Under the pieces are notes generated by a model that had not been told where the DNA came from, did no database searches, and saw only the letters and a program-made list of their open reading frames with translations. Below are positions 27,392 to 36,080 of a stretch of DNA of 64,000 nucleotides, in pieces (position 1 is the stretch's first letter; the number at the start of each line of letters is the position of its first letter). The DNA lies in the NCBI GenBank assembly GCA_049283795.1, contig JBAPWQ010000049.1, forward strand, positions 13,400 to 77,399, written 5' to 3'. The position numbers and the translations under genes were made by a program. This DNA comes from Desulfobacterales bacterium. Its GTDB lineage: Bacteria; Desulfobacterota; Desulfobacteria; Desulfobacterales; SG8-13.

Positions 27392-29644
27392 ATGCTGCGC
27401 ATCCGCCGTATTTTCGATGACGTTCTGCCGGTCAACAAGGAGACCCTGGAACAGGTCAAGGCCATCCTGCGCGACCGCTTCAGCCAGGTCCCGGAAGAAG
27501 AAATCGACCAAATCGGCGCCAAGCTGCGCAACCCGTTCAAACAGCGGTTCCGCCCCATCCTGTTCGTGGCCAAGACCCTCCGCAGCCGTGTCAAGGGCTT
27601 CGCCATGCTGCTGCACGAGCCCGAAATCGGCTTCTGTTTTCTGGACTGGATCGCAACGGCCAGCGGCAGAACCGGCGGCGGATTGGGCGGCGCCCTGTAT
27701 GACCGGGTGCGCAGGGAATCGGTCGCCCTGGGTGCCGGCGGACTGTTCTTCGAGTGCCTGCCGGACGATGCCGAAGACTGTCCCGATGAAGCCCTGCTGA
27801 AGGAAAACCGGGCGCGCCTGCGATTTTACGAGCGCTACGGTGCCCGGCCGATCGTCCACACCGGCTACGAGCTGCCCGTCAATCCGGGGGACAGCTGCAT
27901 GCCCCATCTGGTCTACGATGCCCTGGATGCCGTCACCCCGCTGCGCCGCGCCTTTGTGCGCAAAGTGGTGCGGGCCATCCTGGAAAGAAAATACAGCGGG
28001 TACTGCCCAGCCGAGTACGTCGAGAAGGTGGTGGCCTCCTTTCGGGAAGACCCGGTGGCGCTGCGCGAGTTCCGGTATGTCAAACCGCAGGCCGTGAAGA
28101 CGGCGGTCGATGACCGCTCCATCGAGCAGATAGCCCTGATCGTCAATGACCGTCACCATATCCATCACGTGCACGAGCGCGGATACGTGGAGTCGCCCGT
28201 CAGGGTGCGCAGCATCCTGGCGGAACTCGACAAGAGCGGCCTGTTTGCCCGGCTCAAACCGCGGGCTTTTCCGGACAAGACCATCCACGCCGTTCACGAT
28301 GCCGATTTCGTCAGCTATCTGCGGCACGCATCCGAAGACGTGCCCGAGGGCAAATCCCTCTATCCTTACGTTTTTCCGGTGCGCAACAAGACCCGCCCCC
28401 CGAAAGAGCCCTCGGTCCTGTCGGGCTACTACTGCATCGACACCTTCACCCCCATCAACCGCAACGCCTATCCGGCGGCGCGGCGCGGGGTGGACTGCGC
28501 GCTGACCGCCGCCCGTGAAATCCTGGACGGCCGGCGCATGGCTTACGCCCTGGTGCGGCCGCCGGGCCATCACGCCGAACGCCGGGTCTTTGGCGGTTTC
28601 TGTTATTTCAACAACAACGCCATTGCGGCCCAGTACCTGTGCGCCTACGGAAAAGTCGCCATCCTCGACATCGACTATCACCACGGCAACGGCCAACAGG
28701 ACATTTTCTACCGCCGCTCCGATGTGCTGACCGTTTCGATCCACGGCAGCCCCCGGTTCGCCTACCCCTATTTCACCGGCTTCGAGGACGAACGCGGCGA
28801 CGGTGAAGGCGAGGGGTTCAACCTGAACTTTCCCCTGCCCGAGCACCTGGACGGTGAAAAATACCGCCGGGCGCTGGTCAAGGCGCTGCAGAGGATAGAA
28901 GAATACGGCCCCCAATTTCTGGTGGTGGCCCTGGGCCTGGACACCGCCAAGGGCGATCCGACCGGCTCCTGGTCGCTGATGGCCAAAGACTTCGAGGAAA
29001 ACGGGCGCCTGATCGGCGCGATGGCGGTGCCGACGGTAGTCGTTCAGGAAGGCGGCTACCGCACCCGGACCCTTGGCCAGAACGCCCGCAACTTCTTCAA
29101 GGGCCTGGCCGAGGCGCACATGAAGGCGGTCGGCCGGCGCCAGGAGCCCAAGGCCCGGCTGCACGGCATCGTCTTTCGGTATGAGCTGCAGCCGCAGGAC
29201 CCCGAAAGGATCTCGCGGTTAACCGACATCACCGGTTTTTTCACCGCCGCCGAAGTGCAGGTGGCGGTCGAGCTTGTCAACGAACGCCTGGCCAAGGGGG
29301 AGGCCAGCGGATACCACTATGTCATGGCCGAGCACTACGGGCGCCTGGCCGGCTACGCCTGCTACGGGCCGATCGCCTGCACGGTGTCGAGCTACGATGT
29401 CTACTGGATAGCGGTCCATCCGGATTATCAGGGCAAGGGGCTCGGACGCAGGATTTTAAGGGAGGTCGAACGGCTGATACGGCAGGGCGGCGGGACGCGC
29501 ATTTACGTCGAAACCTCCCAGCGAGTGCAGTACGCCAGTACGCGGGCGTTTTACGAAAGCGGCGGCTATCGCCTGGAGAGCGTGCTAACGGATTTCTATG
29601 CACCGGGTGACGGCAAGGTGGTTTACTGCAAATCTTTGATTTAG
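27392..29644 (+). CDS. Tri-domain protein: N-terminal GNAT-like, HDAC/acetylpolyamine-amidohydrolase-family deacetylase, and C-terminal GNAT acetyltransferase
   Basis: ATG at 27392 (GAGGAG RBS), 5 nt after the upstream stop, giving 750 aa. Deacetylase motifs RPPGHHA, DIDYHHGNGQQDIF, GLDTAKGDP and QEGGY. C-terminal GNAT WIAVHPDYQGKGLGRRIL. N-terminal GNAT-like WIATASGRTGGGLGGALY. Confidence 0.85.
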   Translation: MLRIRRIFDDVLPVNKETLEQVKAILRDRFSQVPEEEIDQIGAKLRNPFKQRFRPILFVAKTLRSRVKGFAMLLHEPEIGFCFLDWIATASGRTGGGLGGALYDRVRRESVALGAGGLFFECLPDDAEDCPDEALLKENRARLRFYERYGARPIVHTGYELPVNPGDSCMPHLVYDALDAVTPLRRAFVRKVVRAILERKYSGYCPAEYVEKVVASFREDPVALREFRYVKPQAVKTAVDDRSIEQIALIVNDRHHIHHVHERGYVESPVRVRSILAELDKSGLFARLKPRAFPDKTIHAVHDADFVSYLRHASEDVPEGKSLYPYVFPVRNKTRPPKEPSVLSGYYCIDTFTPINRNAYPAARRGVDCALTAAREILDGRRMAYALVRPPGHHAERRVFGGFCYFNNNAIAAQYLCAYGKVAILDIDYHHGNGQQDIFYRRSDVLTVSIHGSPRFAYPYFTGFEDERGDGEGEGFNLNFPLPEHLDGEKYRRALVKALQRIEEYGPQFLVVALGLDTAKGDPTGSWSLMAKDFEENGRLIGAMAVPTVVVQEGGYRTRTLGQNARNFFKGLAEAHMKAVGRRQEPKARLHGIVFRYELQPQDPERISRLTDITGFFTAAEVQVAVELVNERLAKGEASGYHYVMAEHYGRLAGYACYGPIACTVSSYDVYWIAVHPDYQGKGLGRRILREVERLIRQGGGTRIYVETSQRVQYASTRAFYESGGYRLESVLTDFYAPGDGKVVYCKSLI

Positions 29645-29715
29645 TTCGAAACAGAAGCCTTTAACAAAAAATGCCACGTCTGCGGGGTATCGGGCGGCGG
29701 TCGGTCATGCAAACC

Positions 29716-29747
29716 GAAGAAGGCCGACTGGCGGGCCGGCCTTCTTC
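29716..29747. terminator. Perfect 11-12 bp GC-rich hairpin between convergent genes (no clear T-tract)
   Basis: gaagaaggccg-N10-cggccttcttc lies between the stop of the tri-domain gene (29644) and the stop of the 29789..30091(-) gene. Confidence 0.4.
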
Positions 29748-29788
29748 GAGCGCTCATCTCATTCAGCTTTTAAAAAAATCATCGCCAA

Positions 29789-30091
29789 CTATTCCTTTTT
29801 GGCGGCCGAGGTGACATGCAGGACTTTTTTGCCGCCTTCCTCGGTGACGGTGCCCTTGATAGTGACCATTTTGCCCTTCATGCCGGAAAGGTCCTGCCCT
29901 TCAAGTAGATACTGCTTGCCTTCGGACATGATGACAAACCCGCCGGGGGAATTCTGAACCGTACCGAAAATTTCGACCTGTTTTGCTTCCTTGCCACTGG
30001 CCATCGACTGGTTGGCCTGGAACGCCGTGCCGGCAAACAGCAATAGCGCCATCATCACCGCCGTGCAAACCGCTACCTTGAAAAATTTCAT
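29789..30091 (-). CDS. Small secreted protein (100 aa)
   Basis: Trimmed to the ATG at 30091 (AGGAGG RBS). Signal peptide MKFFKVAVCTAVMMALLLFAGTAFQA. No family recognised. Confidence 0.5.
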   Translation of the reverse strand: MKFFKVAVCTAVMMALLLFAGTAFQANQSMASGKEAKQVEIFGTVQNSPGGFVIMSEGKQYLLEGQDLSGMKGKMVTIKGTVTEEGGKKVLHVTSAAKKE

Positions 30092-30574
30092 CGTCGCCTC
30101 CTGATCTGTTCGTTTGATTTGATTTCTCCGGAAGTCACAATGAACTCGATTGGGTCGGTTTTCTCCGGACGGCAAGCGCAAAAAACACTCCTTCCCAACA
30201 AACCTCACGGCCTTCTTCCGAAGTTCCTATGTGAGTCATAAGCTTAGCAAGACCGGTGCCAACAGGATAACCACCTGAGATGAAATGATATACTGATTTC
30301 GTTGACCTGCTCGCCGAACGCTCCATTCTAATATTTGAGCCCTGAATCTGCGGGCGATCGGGCCTGCGCCCCGCTAACAGACTGACCTGGCAGGATAAAA
30401 TCAACAGGGCCGTGACCAGAACTCCCGGGACTCAATTAGGGGGTATCGGAATTCGAAATTCCTTTTTCTCCGCCGGGTGCCAGCCGCGGGCACCGGCAAC
30501 AGGGTGTCATCGGTCGTGACCGAAGCCGTCAGGGCCTCAACGTTACACCGCACATCGACCCGCGCTCGCTCTTC

Positions 30575-30603
30575 TTGACTAACCGGCCCTCTTTTCCTAT
30601 AGT
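30575..30603 (+). promoter_or_regulatory. Near-consensus sigma-70 promoter
   Basis: TTGACT, a 17-nt spacer, then TATAGT. It lies about 175 nt upstream of the ATG at 30779. Confidence 0.45.
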
Positions 30604-30778
30604 GCCGACGAAATCGGGGACGCTTTCGATGGCCAAGGGAAGACGAGGTCGCCCTTTCGGGCATCGGGGCATACGGCCTGCAAGGCCGGATATATCTTTA
30701 ATTTTCGGGATGTGCCGATGTTTTCGCACCGGCGGGGGACGTCAGGCTGTGGGGCGATCGGCGAGAAGGAGGACAAGG

Positions 30779-31444
30779 ATGCTGAAATTGGGAGAAAAAG
30801 GCGCCATTCCCCAACGCGACAACGAAACCTACGCCATTGCGCCGCACATTCCCTGCGGGCTGGTAACGCCGGAACTGCTGCGACGAATCGCGGAAACGGC
30901 CGAGAAATACAATGCGCAGGCCATCAAGATCACCGGGGCGACCCGCATCGCGATAGTCGGCCTGAAGGAAGAGGATATCGACGGGGCCTGGGAGACGCTG
31001 CGCCTCGGTAAGGGAGCCGCCGTGGGCTTGTGCGTCCGCAGCGTCAGAACCTGCCCCGGCAATACCTACTGCAAGCTGGGCCAGCAGGATGCCATTAAAT
31101 TGGGGTTGAAATTGGACGAGGGCTATCACGGCAAGACTTTGCCGGGTAAATTCAAGATGGCCGTCTCCGGGTGCCATTTGAGCTGTTCCGAGTCCTGGGT
31201 GCGCGATATCGGCCTTATCGGCAAAAAAGACGGCTGGACACTGGTCATCGGCGGAAACGTCGGCGCAGATCCGCGGATCGCACAGGAGTGCGCCCATGGC
31301 CTGGATGACGACCGGGCGCTGGCCGTGATAGACAAGGTGGTCGGTTACTATCAGGAGAATGCAAAAAAAGGGGAGCGCCTGGGAAAGATGATCGACCGCC
31401 TCGGCCTGGAGGTATTTCGGCGGGTGGCCGAGAAAGTATCCTGA
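30779..31444 (+). CDS. Small nitrite/sulfite-reductase-family siroheme/[4Fe-4S] protein (low-molecular-weight assimilatory-type sulfite reductase-like)
   Basis: ATG at 30779 (AAGGAGGA RBS), giving 221 aa. Cys clusters CVRSVRTCPGNTYC and SGCHLSCSES. The size matches the ~218-aa Desulfovibrio low-MW sulfite reductase class. Confidence 0.75.
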   Translation: MLKLGEKGAIPQRDNETYAIAPHIPCGLVTPELLRRIAETAEKYNAQAIKITGATRIAIVGLKEEDIDGAWETLRLGKGAAVGLCVRSVRTCPGNTYCKLGQQDAIKLGLKLDEGYHGKTLPGKFKMAVSGCHLSCSESWVRDIGLIGKKDGWTLVIGGNVGADPRIAQECAHGLDDDRALAVIDKVVGYYQENAKKGERLGKMIDRLGLEVFRRVAEKVS

Positions 31445-31478
31445 TGAAGAAGAAGAAGGACCGAAACGCGGGTCAGCC

Positions 31479-31495
31479 TGATATAATGCTTGACA
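31479..31495 (+). promoter_or_regulatory. Extended -10 promoter (TGaTATAAT), overlapped downstream by a TTGACA hexamer
   Basis: TG-a-TATAAT at 31479..31487. TTGACA at 31490..31495 with GATCAT 17 nt downstream. Either could start a leader transcript. Confidence 0.35.
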
Positions 31496-31536
31496 GGCGC
31501 TGACGATTGGCCGATCATCAGGACTTAAAAAAAGAG

Positions 31537-31629
31537 ATGATCATCGTGGACATAACACCAACCAAGGTGAACTTTAACGGCTTCGGGCGCTTCTTTTTAT
31601 GCTTTAGAAGCGTCCATCCGGTTAAATGA
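31537..31629 (+). CDS. Candidate Phe-rich leader peptide (30 aa, or 27 aa from the GTG at 31546)
   Basis: MIIVDITPTKVNFNGFGRFFLCFRSVHPVK has 5 Phe in a 12-residue stretch. AAAGAG lies upstream. It sits immediately 5' of the terminator hairpins and the aro/phe fusion gene. Confidence 0.35.
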   Translation: MIIVDITPTKVNFNGFGRFFLCFRSVHPVK

Positions 31630-31647
31630 CGTAAACAGCTGAAAGCG

Positions 31648-31690
31648 CCCCCGGATGGATCGTGAACCGGTCTATCCGGGGGATTTTTTT
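31648..31690 (+). terminator. Intrinsic terminator 1 (candidate attenuator)
   Basis: cccccggat-N17-atccggggg followed by attttttt. Its 5' arm overlaps ccggatgga (31651..31659), which is perfectly complementary to tccatccgg (31613..31621) at the end of the leader ORF. Confidence 0.6.
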
Positions 31691-31692
31691 AG

Positions 31693-31722
31693 GGCCCCGG
31701 AATTGTTTCCGGGGCCTTTTTT
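31693..31722 (+). terminator. Intrinsic terminator 2
   Basis: ggccccggaa-ttgt-ttccggggcc (perfect 10 bp) followed by tttttt. Confidence 0.7.
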
Positions 31723-31836
31723 GTGTGCCCGCAGCAGGGCCCTCATACTTGGCGGCCTACCCGCACAATGGATGGGATAAAAGGGCCCGGCCGGGACGAC
31801 CATCAGTTTAAATGACCCGTGAAAGGAAAAAGAGCG

Positions 31837-33780
31837 ATGATACTCGAACTGACGCCCCACATCACCACCGCTGAAAAAACCGCGCTGGCAGCGATTCTAC
31901 AGGAACGGCACTGCGATGTGCGAGAGTTGCCGGACACCGATGTCCAGCGCATCGGTGTCATGAACCCGAAACGACACCCCGCGGAGTTTTTCAGGAACCT
32001 GCCCGGGGTGGCCCGAACGGTTGCCGTCGGCACGCCCTACAAACTCGTCGGCCGTCAGATGCACCCGCAGGATACGCTGGTTCGCGTTGGTGACGCGCTG
32101 GTCGGTGGCGACCGCCTGACGGTCATTGCCGGCCCGTGCGCCGTCGAAAGCCGCGCGCAGGCGCTCACGATCGCCCGCTGGGTCAAGAAGGCCGGTGCGG
32201 TCTTGTTCCGCGGCGGGGCTTTCAAACCGCGGACCTCGCCCTATTCATTTCAGGGGTTGGAAGAAGAGGGCTTGAAGATCCTGGCCGAAGTCCGTGACAC
32301 CTGCGGTCTGGGCGTCGTCACCGAGATGACCGCTCCGTCCCAGGCCGAAATCATGCTGAAATACGTGGACGTGGTTCAGGTCGGCGCCCGCAACATGCAG
32401 AACTTCGAGCTGCTCAAGGCGGTCGGCCGCATGGGCCTGCCGGTTCTCCTGAAGCGCGGCCTGTCCGGCACGATCGAAGAATGGCTCATGTCGGCGGAGT
32501 ACATCCTCTCCGAGGGCAATCCGCACGTCATGCTGTGCGAGCGCGGCATCCGCACCTTCGAGCCCTACACGCGCAACACCCTCGATTTGACCGCCATCCC
32601 GGTCCTGAGAAACATAACCCACCTGCCAATCATCATCGATCCGAGTCACGCCACCGGCAGCCGCGAAAAAGTCAGCCCCATGGCGCGGGCCGCCATTGCC
32701 GCCGGTGCCGACGGTCTGATGATCGAGGTTCATCACGACCCCGACCAGGCGCTTTCGGATGGCCCGCAGAGTTTGTATCCCCTGCAGTTCGGCCAACTGA
32801 TGCGAGACCTTTACGTCATCGCCCCGGTGGTCGGCAAGCAGCTCGACTTCGGCTATATTGAAAAGGCCCGGGCCGTCGAGACGCGCAGCCGCCATGCCAA
32901 CGGCGGCCGGCAGCGGGCGGCTTTCATGGGGCGTGTCGGCACCTTCAGCCACAAGGCCTGCCGGCAGTATTTCGGCGGGGAAGTCGCGGCCGTGCCAGTG
33001 CCTTCCTTCAGAGGCGTCTTCGAGGCCGTCAAAACCGATGCGGCCGATTTCGGCGTCATACCGCTGGAGAATTCACTCAGCGGCAGTATTCATGAAAACT
33101 ACGATTTTTTAAGGGAGTACGATGTGAAAATCATCGGAGAGATCGAGCTGCGCATCATGCATCATCTGATGGCGGCGCCCGGCGCGTCCATCGGCGGCAT
33201 CCGGCGCGTCCTGTCGCATCCGCAGGTGTTCGGCCAATGCCGCCAGTTTCTCGAACAGCACGACTGGGAACTGGTAGCGGTCGGCGATACCGCGGCGGCG
33301 GCCCAGCGGGTGGCCGACAGCGACGCGACCGGCGATGCCGCCATCGCTGGCCTGGTGGCCGCCCAGGAATACCATCTAGAAGTACTGGCGGAAAATATCG
33401 AAGCCAATCCGCGCAATTACACCCGTTTTGTCATTATCGGCAAGAGCCCTCTTCACAAGGGCTTCGCCGACAAGACCTCGCTCATCTGTTCGACCAGCAA
33501 CGAGCCCGGCGCCCTCTACGAGACGTTGAAGATTTTTGCCGAAAACCGCATCAACCTGATCAAGCTCGAGTCTCGACCGCTGCCGGGAGAACCCTGGCGC
33601 TGCATGTTTTACATGGACATCGAGGCCGACCTCGGCGCCGATGCTTTGAAACCCGTGCGCGAGCAGCTGGAGCAAAAGACCGACTTCCTGAAAATTCTCG
33701 GCACCTATGGCGAGGTGCCCGAAACCCTGCCGGGTGAAGGGTTAAGAGCACCTCGCGCGGCGGTTGCGTCGGCTGGGTGA
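31837..33780 (+). CDS. Fusion protein: type I-beta DAHP synthase (with an N-terminal ferredoxin-like regulatory domain), prephenate dehydratase and an ACT domain
   Basis: ATG at 31837 (AAAGGAAAAAGAG upstream), giving 647 aa. DAHPS motifs [30 protein letters not shown] and IIDPSHA. PDT/ACT motifs [27 protein letters not shown] and LIKLESRPL. Confidence 0.85.
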   Translation: MILELTPHITTAEKTALAAILQERHCDVRELPDTDVQRIGVMNPKRHPAEFFRNLPGVARTVAVGTPYKLVGRQMHPQDTLVRVGDALVGGDRLTVIAGPCAVESRAQALTIARWVKKAGAVLFRGGAFKPRTSPYSFQGLEEEGLKILAEVRDTCGLGVVTEMTAPSQAEIMLKYVDVVQVGARNMQNFELLKAVGRMGLPVLLKRGLSGTIEEWLMSAEYILSEGNPHVMLCERGIRTFEPYTRNTLDLTAIPVLRNITHLPIIIDPSHATGSREKVSPMARAAIAAGADGLMIEVHHDPDQALSDGPQSLYPLQFGQLMRDLYVIAPVVGKQLDFGYIEKARAVETRSRHANGGRQRAAFMGRVGTFSHKACRQYFGGEVAAVPVPSFRGVFEAVKTDAADFGVIPLENSLSGSIHENYDFLREYDVKIIGEIELRIMHHLMAAPGASIGGIRRVLSHPQVFGQCRQFLEQHDWELVAVGDTAAAAQRVADSDATGDAAIAGLVAAQEYHLEVLAENIEANPRNYTRFVIIGKSPLHKGFADKTSLICSTSNEPGALYETLKIFAENRINLIKLESRPLPGEPWRCMFYMDIEADLGADALKPVREQLEQKTDFLKILGTYGEVPETLPGEGLRAPRAAVASAG

Positions 33781-33796
33781 CAGACCCCGCCTGTTG

Positions 33797-34354
33797 TCAG
33801 TTTGTAACGACGAAGTGGGCACGCCGGTTCGCGGCCCAGGCTTCTTCGCTGTTTGAGCGGACCAGAGGACGTTCTTCTCCGTAGCTGACCGTTTTGATCC
33901 GCGTGGCGGAAACGCCCAGGGCGGTCAGAAACTCGGCGGTCATCTTCGCCCGTTGCTCTCCGAGGGCCAGGTTGTACTCGTTGGTGCCGCGTTCGTCGCA
34001 GTGGCCCTCGATGATGACCTTGGTCGCGGGGCTTTCCTGCATGAAGCGCGCTTTTTCACGCAGTATTTCCTGGGCCTGAGGGGTGAGCAGGGCGCTGTCG
34101 TACTCGAAATGGATGTCCTGGTTTTCGAACGCCTTGCGGGCTTCGGCGGCCTGCCCGGACGCGAGGGTCGCTCCGGCCGTCCCGCCCGCGCCGAGGCTTT
34201 CTTCGGTAATCGCGCCCGACTGCCCCGCGCCGCCAGCCCCGATCGACTGGGCATCGGAACCCGACGGTCCCGACCTGACAATCGGTTTGGAACAGGCGAA
34301 CAGCAACATCACCCCGACACTTGCGGCAATCATGACAACATGAAATTTTCGCAT
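33797..34354 (-). CDS. pal: Peptidoglycan-associated lipoprotein Pal (OmpA family)
   Basis: Trimmed to the ATG at 34354 (GGAGG RBS), giving 185 aa. Lipobox LLFAC. OmpA-like domain IHFEYDSALLTPQAQEIL...EGHCDERGTNEYNLALGEQRA. Confidence 0.85.
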   Translation of the reverse strand: MRKFHVVMIAASVGVMLLFACSKPIVRSGPSGSDAQSIGAGGAGQSGAITEESLGAGGTAGATLASGQAAEARKAFENQDIHFEYDSALLTPQAQEILREKARFMQESPATKVIIEGHCDERGTNEYNLALGEQRAKMTAEFLTALGVSATRIKTVSYGEERPLVRSNSEEAWAANRRAHFVVTN

Positions 34355-34697
34355 GGACGCTACCTCCATCTCGTTTGGTTTAGAACAGAAAAGCACCCGG
34401 GCGGTTTGACCGTCGTTCCGGTTGTGAGCAGCAATTTATAGCACAAGCCGCGGCGGTTTTCAAAAGGTGGTTTGGCCGGGCGGGGTCCGGCCGATGCACA
34501 GAGGGGCGGTAATTAAACGAGCCCCACGATGACAGGGACCCGGGCCCGGCCTCCGGGATTTGGGGACCGGTCGCCGGGCGATCCCTCTTTTCATTTCGGC
34601 CGGCTCGTGACGCCGCCTTGAAAAACGGCGCAAAGAATGTTAAAAATAACCTTTCGTGCTATCCGATCTGGCTGTAAACCCGAGAGTGACATCGACC

Positions 34698-36047
34698 ATG
34701 CGGAAAAATGAGTTCAGGGGATCCGGCTGGCGGACCTATCAGACCAACCTTCAGCGCGAGACGCGCTCCAGGCTCTGGAAGAAAAAACTGGTCCTCATCG
34801 GCGGAGTGATCGGCTGCGTGCTGGCCCTTGTTTTTTCCGGAGCCTGGATGAGCAGCCGGTTAAGCGGACCCGTTGCGGCGCCGCCGCCTTCAAAAAAGCA
34901 GCCGGCCCAGGCCCCGCCCCCGATTCCGACCGCGGAAACCGCCCCGGGCAGTTTTTCACGGCCGATGCTCGCCGCCTTGTTCAATCCCCTTTCGAGCGAC
35001 AGCATCCAGCTGACCGATGAGATGGCCTTTGAAAACAAGGGCGTCCGCTATACGTTTAAGACCACCGTAAATCCCAAACTGCAGTCTTACGTCGCCAAGT
35101 TGCTCGAACGGTCGCACACGCTGCAGGCGGCCGTGGTGGTGCTGGACCCCCGCGACGGACGCGTCCTTGTCATAGCCGGTCATGACAAGAACGGTGCCGA
35201 CCCCGGCATATGCCTCAAGGCCGACTACCCGGCCGCAAGCCTGTTTAAAATCGTGTCGGCCGCGGCCGCCCTGGAGGCGGCGGGCTACACGCCCGAGAAA
35301 ACGCTCTACTTTGACGGCAACCGCCACACCCTCTATAAGAATCAGCTGAAACAGCAGCGGGGGCGCTACACTTCCGAAACCCAGCTCCGGAAGGCTTTCG
35401 CGGTGTCCAACAATTCGATCTTCGGCAAACTCGGCATATACGCCCTCGGTCCGCAGGTCATGGCCGAATATGCGCAGAAGTTCTACTTCAACCGGCCCAT
35501 ACCGTTCGACCTGCCGGTGGAAGTCAGCGCGGCCGAAGTGCCGCAGGATGAATTCGGCCTGGCCGAAATTGCCTCCGGCTTCAACAAGCGCACCCGCGTT
35601 TCCCCGCTGCACGCCGCCTTGCTGGCCTGCACGGTTGTCAACCAGGGCCAGATGGCGGCGCCCTGGCTGATCGAGACCGTTACCGATGCCGGGCACAATG
35701 TCCGCTACCAGGCAAAGCGCCAGGTGCTCGAAGCGCCGGTCAGCAAGCAAACGGCCGCCGACCTGAAATTGATGATGGAGGATGCCGTCGCTTACGGCAC
35801 CGGGCGCAGAACCTTTTACAAGTTGCGCCGCGGCAAAGTGTTCAAGGATTTCGATCTCGGCATCAAAACCGGCACCATCAACGATGTCACCGACCAATTC
35901 AAGTATGACTGGGCCACGGCCTTTGCGCTGGCGCCGAATGGAACCGACGGCATCTGCGTCGGCGTTCTGGCGGTCCACGGCGAAAAGCTCGGCATTCGCG
36001 CCACCGAAATGGCCCGCGCGATAATCGATTTCAATTTCAGGTCGTAG
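34698..36047 (+). CDS. Penicillin-binding protein, transpeptidase domain (class B-like)
   Basis: ATG at 34698, giving 449 aa. N-terminal TM anchor. Motifs SxxK (ASLFK), SxN (SNN) and KTG (KTGT). Confidence 0.8.
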   Translation: MRKNEFRGSGWRTYQTNLQRETRSRLWKKKLVLIGGVIGCVLALVFSGAWMSSRLSGPVAAPPPSKKQPAQAPPPIPTAETAPGSFSRPMLAALFNPLSSDSIQLTDEMAFENKGVRYTFKTTVNPKLQSYVAKLLERSHTLQAAVVVLDPRDGRVLVIAGHDKNGADPGICLKADYPAASLFKIVSAAAALEAAGYTPEKTLYFDGNRHTLYKNQLKQQRGRYTSETQLRKAFAVSNNSIFGKLGIYALGPQVMAEYAQKFYFNRPIPFDLPVEVSAAEVPQDEFGLAEIASGFNKRTRVSPLHAALLACTVVNQGQMAAPWLIETVTDAGHNVRYQAKRQVLEAPVSKQTAADLKLMMEDAVAYGTGRRTFYKLRRGKVFKDFDLGIKTGTINDVTDQFKYDWATAFALAPNGTDGICVGVLAVHGEKLGIRATEMARAIIDFNFRS

Positions 36048-36080
36048 GGGCCACGGTGTAACGCCGGCGCGATAAGCCCG

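Noticed and set aside
25139-29164. Long minus-strand ORFs (25139..26521, 26721..27392, 27311..29164) opposite the ATP-grasp and tri-domain genes
   Set aside because: The plus-strand frames carry clear ATP-grasp, HDAC and GNAT motifs with RBSs and coupled stops and starts. The antisense frames are low-complexity.
30135-30729. Three overlapping minus-strand ORFs (89, 87 and 66 aa) in the 687-nt gap upstream of the sulfite-reductase-like gene
   Set aside because: They have no RBSs, mutually overlapping frames and basic low-complexity translations. The region contains a near-consensus plus-strand promoter instead.
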